From NCBI GenBank assembly GCA_043814095.1, contig JBDRKI010000048.1:1-64000 (forward strand): a stretch of DNA of 64,000 bases, read 5' to 3'. The notes below the pieces were generated by a model. The model searched no databases, was not told the origin of the DNA, and saw only the letters and a program-made list of their open reading frames with translations. The stretch comes from Armatimonadota bacterium. Its GTDB lineage: Bacteria; Vulcanimicrobiota; JACPDS01; JBDRKI01. This document shows positions 60,328 through 64,000 of the stretch, piece by piece (positions within the stretch are counted from its first letter, which is position 1; each line of letters begins with the position of its first letter). The position numbers were made by a program, and so were the translations under genes.

Positions 60328-61776
60328 TTAACCGCTGTCTGTATCTGTGCTGTTTTCTTTTTCATTAAGGCCGCTGCGCCTTATGCCGTATAAGAAATAA
60401 ATGATTACCCCGAGCCCCATCCATCCTAAGAACCTTACCCAGGTAAGCATAGGCAGTTTAGTCATAAGATAAGCGCATGATAAAGCTCCGAGAATAGGTA
60501 TTAAAGGCACGGCAGGACACTTAAAAGGTCTTTTAAGATCGGGTTTCGTGTACCGTAAAACAATAATGCCCGCGCAGACAAGAACAAAAGCGAACAGTGT
60601 TCCTATGTTGCAGAGCTGGGCTACGGTTTCTATATTGGTAAATCCGGCGGCAAACGCCACTATAATTCCCGTTAATATGGTCGTTATATAAGGGGTGCCG
60701 AATTTTTTATGCACTTTTGAAAGGCCTTTCGGGAAAAGGCCGTCTCTTGACATAACAAAGAAAATCCTGGGCTGAGCCATAAGCATGACGAGTATGGTGC
60801 TTACCAAAGTAATAACGGCTCCGGCGGAAATAATACCGGAGAATTTCGCCCTGCCCGCTTCAATAAGGGCTTTGGCTATGGGCGCGGCATCGTTTAATTT
60901 CGTGTAATGAGCTATACCTGTTAATACGGCCGCGACAGCAACATACAACAGCGTGCATACAATTAACGATCCCAAAATCCCGATAGGCAGGTCTTTCTGC
61001 GGGTTCCTGGCTTCCTCTGCGGTTGTTGTAATAGAATCAAATCCTATGTATGCGAAAAATACCACAGCCGCACCCGCCATTACGCCGTTCCAGCCGAAAG
61101 GCATAAAAGGCTTCCAGTTTGTGGGATTTACTTTGATTATTATCACGCCCACAAAAAGGAAGAATAAGATTATCAATATTTTTATCATAACGACTATGTT
61201 ATTAACCTTCGCGCTTTCTTTTATACCGAAAACCAGCAGTGTCGTGACCGCGAGAATTATGATTACGGCCGGAAGGTTAATGTAGGTAGTTACTCCTTGT
61301 ATCGCGCCGGGAGCAGCAGTCAGGCAAGCCGGAATTTTTATATTAAAAAGTTTATGAATTAAATCAACAAAATAGCTGGACCATCCTATGGAAACGGCGC
61401 ACGCTCCCACGGCATATTCAAGTATAAGGTCCCAGCCGATAATCCACGCTATAAATTCTCCCATAGTCGCGTAAGAATACGTATACGCGCTTCCGGCTAT
61501 GGGGATTAAAGACGCGAATTCGGCATAGCAAAGAGCTGTAAAAGCGCACGCTATCGCCGTAAACACGAAAGATAAAGTTATCGCAGGTCCGGCGTATTTA
61601 GCGGCCGCAACCCCGGTTAAAACAAATATACCGGCTCCAACAATAGCCCCTATCCCTATAACGGTTATATCAAACGCGTTGAGAGCGCGTTTTAAGGTAT
61701 GCTCCTGATCAGCCGATTCCTTCATTATCCTGTCAACGGATTTGGTCCTGAAAAGCTTAGATAAAAAACCTGCCAT
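60328..61776 (-). CDS. APC-family (cationic amino acid type) permease
   Basis: GAIVGAGIFVLTG, GSAYTY, FFAYIGFD and EE..NPQ.DLP motifs. Confidence 0.92.
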   Translation of the reverse strand: MAGFLSKLFRTKSVDRIMKESADQEHTLKRALNAFDITVIGIGAIVGAGIFVLTGVAAAKYAGPAITLSFVFTAIACAFTALCYAEFASLIPIAGSAYTYSYATMGEFIAWIIGWDLILEYAVGACAVSIGWSSYFVDLIHKLFNIKIPACLTAAPGAIQGVTTYINLPAVIIILAVTTLLVFGIKESAKVNNIVVMIKILIILFFLFVGVIIIKVNPTNWKPFMPFGWNGVMAGAAVVFFAYIGFDSITTTAEEARNPQKDLPIGILGSLIVCTLLYVAVAAVLTGIAHYTKLNDAAPIAKALIEAGRAKFSGIISAGAVITLVSTILVMLMAQPRIFFVMSRDGLFPKGLSKVHKKFGTPYITTILTGIIVAFAAGFTNIETVAQLCNIGTLFAFVLVCAGIIVLRYTKPDLKRPFKCPAVPLIPILGALSCAYLMTKLPMLTWVRFLGWMGLGVIIYFLYGIRRSGLNEKENSTDTDSG

Positions 61777-61938
61777 AAAAACCCCCTTTAAAGGATTTTA
61801 GGATACAATACGCATATTTATATAATGTAACACTATTTTCTCAAAGCAGCAAATTTATCCTTTAAGTAGGGGTTTTAAAATAAGTATAGAATACTTGATT
61901 TGGCTTTAAGCCGGTAAATAATACATATGGAGTATAAT

Positions 61939-63756
61939 ATGTGCGGAATTTTCGGGATCGTTTTTGACAAAGACAGGAAAGACCTGGGAAAAATACTGGT
62001 GGAAGCCGGCAGGCGGCTTTCATACAGGGGATATGACTCCGTCGGATGCGCGGGCATATCAGAAGACAGGAAACACCTCTTAAAAAAAGACACGGGAACC
62101 GTTGACGAGGTAAATAAAAAATACGCTCTTGATAAGATGACCGGGAAGCGCGGCATAACACAGCTAAGATGGGCAACTTTCGGCATGCCCAAACAGGAAA
62201 ACGCCCAACCCCATTACGACTGCGACGAAAATATGATAGGCGCGCATAACGGCAATATAGTGAACACCCTTGCCCTTCAGAAACTATACAAAAAAGAAGG
62301 CCATAAGATAAGAAGCGAAAATGACGGTGAAATGGTGGTTCACGCCATAGAAAAACATTTTGACCAGACCGGAGACATGGTTCTCGGGATTATAAACGGG
62401 GCTAAAGAGCTAACCGGTGATTACGCCTGTGTCATAACTCACTTAGACAGCGAAAAAATGTACTGCGTAAAAAGCGGATCATCGTTATATATGGGTGTAG
62501 GCCCCGATTTTATATGCACATCTTCCGACCTTCCATCTATATTATTTTTAACCGATAATATTATAATTTTAAATGACGGCGAATTTGTTGAATTTGACGA
62601 TAAAAATTTTACCATACGCTCTCTTTCGGACGGAAAAATCATAAGCCGAAAACCCGAAAAATGCAAAATGAGCGCGGAAGCGGCCAATAAGGGCGGATAT
62701 GATTATTTCATGGAGAAAGAAATACGCGAACAGCCCGAAAAAGCGAGAAATATAATACATTTTCTTACCGATTCAAAGCTGACAAAAGAATTTTTAAGCC
62801 TGCTGCGCACCGATAAAAACATATATTTTGTGGGTTCAGGAACATCATACCACGCATGCCTTCTCGGTTCATATTATTTCGGGGAGCTGGCTCATAAACA
62901 GATTACGGCCTGTATAGCCGGCAGTTTCATAGAAAATTACGGCAAATGCGTAAATGAAGATGATGTTGTCGTCCTTGTGTCACAGAGCGGAGAAACAAAA
63001 GACGTTATGAATATACTTAACTACCTGCAGAAGGAAGGAAAAGGAAAGATATTAAGCATTGTAAATGTGATCGGTTCAACCATAATGATGAGATCTTTAA
63101 AAAACCTTCCCCTGTGTTCCGATCTTGAAATATCAGTACCCGCGACAAAGACGTTTTTAAACCAGATAATAATATTCTTATACCTCGCATTAAAATACAA
63201 CGAGCATTATCTTGACGATTATAAAGAGTATTTCAAAGAATTTGAAAATCTACCGGAACTCATCCAAAAAACCATAGATATAACCGAGAAACCCTGCAAA
63301 CAGCTCGCCGATAAAAAATATAATTACAAAGATATGTACTGCCTGGGATTCGGTTTAATGCACCCTGTAGCATTGGAAGGCGCGTTAAAGATAAAAGAGA
63401 TCGTTTACAACCACTGTGAAGGAATGTACTCATCCGAGTTTAAGCACGGGCCTTTGTCTATTGTTGATAAAAACTATCCTATCATATTCAGCACCTGTTC
63501 GGATTACAAACACATGGTAGTATCGCACATAAATGAGGTGGCATGCAGGGGGGCGGCGGTAATCGTAATCTCTGATGAAGACGATGATTATGTAAAAAAT
63601 TCTCAGGATTTTATTGCCGTACCGAAAACAAATAAATACTTTCTGCCCGTGCTAGAAACCATACCATTACAGTTATTCTCATATTATCTGGCGCTAAAGA
63701 CAGGCAATGATCCTGATTTTCCGAAAAATTTAAGTAAAACAATAACCGTAGATTAG
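61939..63756 (+). CDS. glmS: Glutamine--fructose-6-phosphate transaminase (isomerizing), divergent
   Basis: N-terminal MCGIFG, YRGYDS, RWAT, HNG, SQSGET, EGALK.KE, KHGP and NLSKTITV motifs. Confidence 0.85.
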   Translation: MCGIFGIVFDKDRKDLGKILVEAGRRLSYRGYDSVGCAGISEDRKHLLKKDTGTVDEVNKKYALDKMTGKRGITQLRWATFGMPKQENAQPHYDCDENMIGAHNGNIVNTLALQKLYKKEGHKIRSENDGEMVVHAIEKHFDQTGDMVLGIINGAKELTGDYACVITHLDSEKMYCVKSGSSLYMGVGPDFICTSSDLPSILFLTDNIIILNDGEFVEFDDKNFTIRSLSDGKIISRKPEKCKMSAEAANKGGYDYFMEKEIREQPEKARNIIHFLTDSKLTKEFLSLLRTDKNIYFVGSGTSYHACLLGSYYFGELAHKQITACIAGSFIENYGKCVNEDDVVVLVSQSGETKDVMNILNYLQKEGKGKILSIVNVIGSTIMMRSLKNLPLCSDLEISVPATKTFLNQIIIFLYLALKYNEHYLDDYKEYFKEFENLPELIQKTIDITEKPCKQLADKKYNYKDMYCLGFGLMHPVALEGALKIKEIVYNHCEGMYSSEFKHGPLSIVDKNYPIIFSTCSDYKHMVVSHINEVACRGAAVIVISDEDDDYVKNSQDFIAVPKTNKYFLPVLETIPLQLFSYYLALKTGNDPDFPKNLSKTITVD

Positions 63757-63999
63757 TTATTTTTTAAGATACCTGCCGCTTTTTTTTATCTCTAAGATGC
63801 CTTCTTCTATAAGAAGGTCATTCTCATCTATTTCTTCGGGATCGACTTTGTCTGAAAGTGTTTTTTCCTGTTTGGTTTTGGTTTTCGGGGCTTGTTTTTT
63901 TTCTTTTTTTGAAGATTTGGAAGACTTTTTCTTTGCTTCCGGCACATACACCCTGTCTTCATCATATAATCTCTGCGCAAGATTAACTTTTGTAAGGTC
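63757..63999 (-). CDS. C-terminal part of an SLBB-domain (ComEA N-terminal-like) protein; start outside window
   Basis: Frame is open to the window edge and reads DLTKVNLAQRLYDEDRVYVP, the SLBB end motif of ComEA proteins. Confidence 0.65.
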   Translation of the reverse strand, partial: DLTKVNLAQRLYDEDRVYVPEAKKKSSKSSKKEKKQAPKTKTKQEKTLSDKVDPEEIDENDLLIEEGILEIKKSGRYLKK

Positions 64000-64000
64000 G

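Noticed and set aside
61777-61938. glmS ribozyme upstream of glmS
   Set aside because: Short AT-rich divergent promoter region with no recognisable ribozyme core.
789-62760. Numerous 60-170 aa antisense or alternate-frame ORFs in the ORF track
   Set aside because: They lie opposite or within well-supported genes and show no motifs or RBS; treated as shadow ORFs.

Overview
About 64 kb of AT-rich, gene-dense bacterial chromosome. Firmicutes-like RpoB/RpoC and SpoIID occur together with LptA, LptD and Lnt, which suggests a diderm Terrabacteria-type lineage (inference only). The window opens on the right end of an ISNCY/IS1202-type insertion sequence. It then carries core genes: rimP-nusA-infB-rbfA-DHH, thrS, rpoBC, relA-dtd-PqqD-MBL-tyrS, tilS-hpt, nadD-rsfS and glmS, plus tRNA-Met(CAT) and tRNA-Leu(CAG). 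Envelope loci include type IV pilus minor pilins with PilC, and a long minus-strand run of three tandem Lnt paralogues, LptA, a TPR protein, PTS IIB, MurQ and SpoIID. The most unusual features are: (1) an AbiEi/AbiEii toxin-antitoxin pair bracketed by a ~0.68 kb direct repeat of a secreted pilin-like gene (one copy intact, one a pseudogene), each copy with a G-run of different length next to its -10; (2) an RpoB with a Cys4 insertion and a ~124 aa repeat-like insertion, preceded by a small Cys-rich basic ORF and a promoter-terminator leader instead of rplL; (3) a 58 bp block shared by nusA and infB; (4) tandem NrdR-like boxes upstream of a TGS-less thrS; (5) a half-length RimP; (6) a possible ATT start for rsfS. 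All calls come from reading the sequence by eye; no searches were run.
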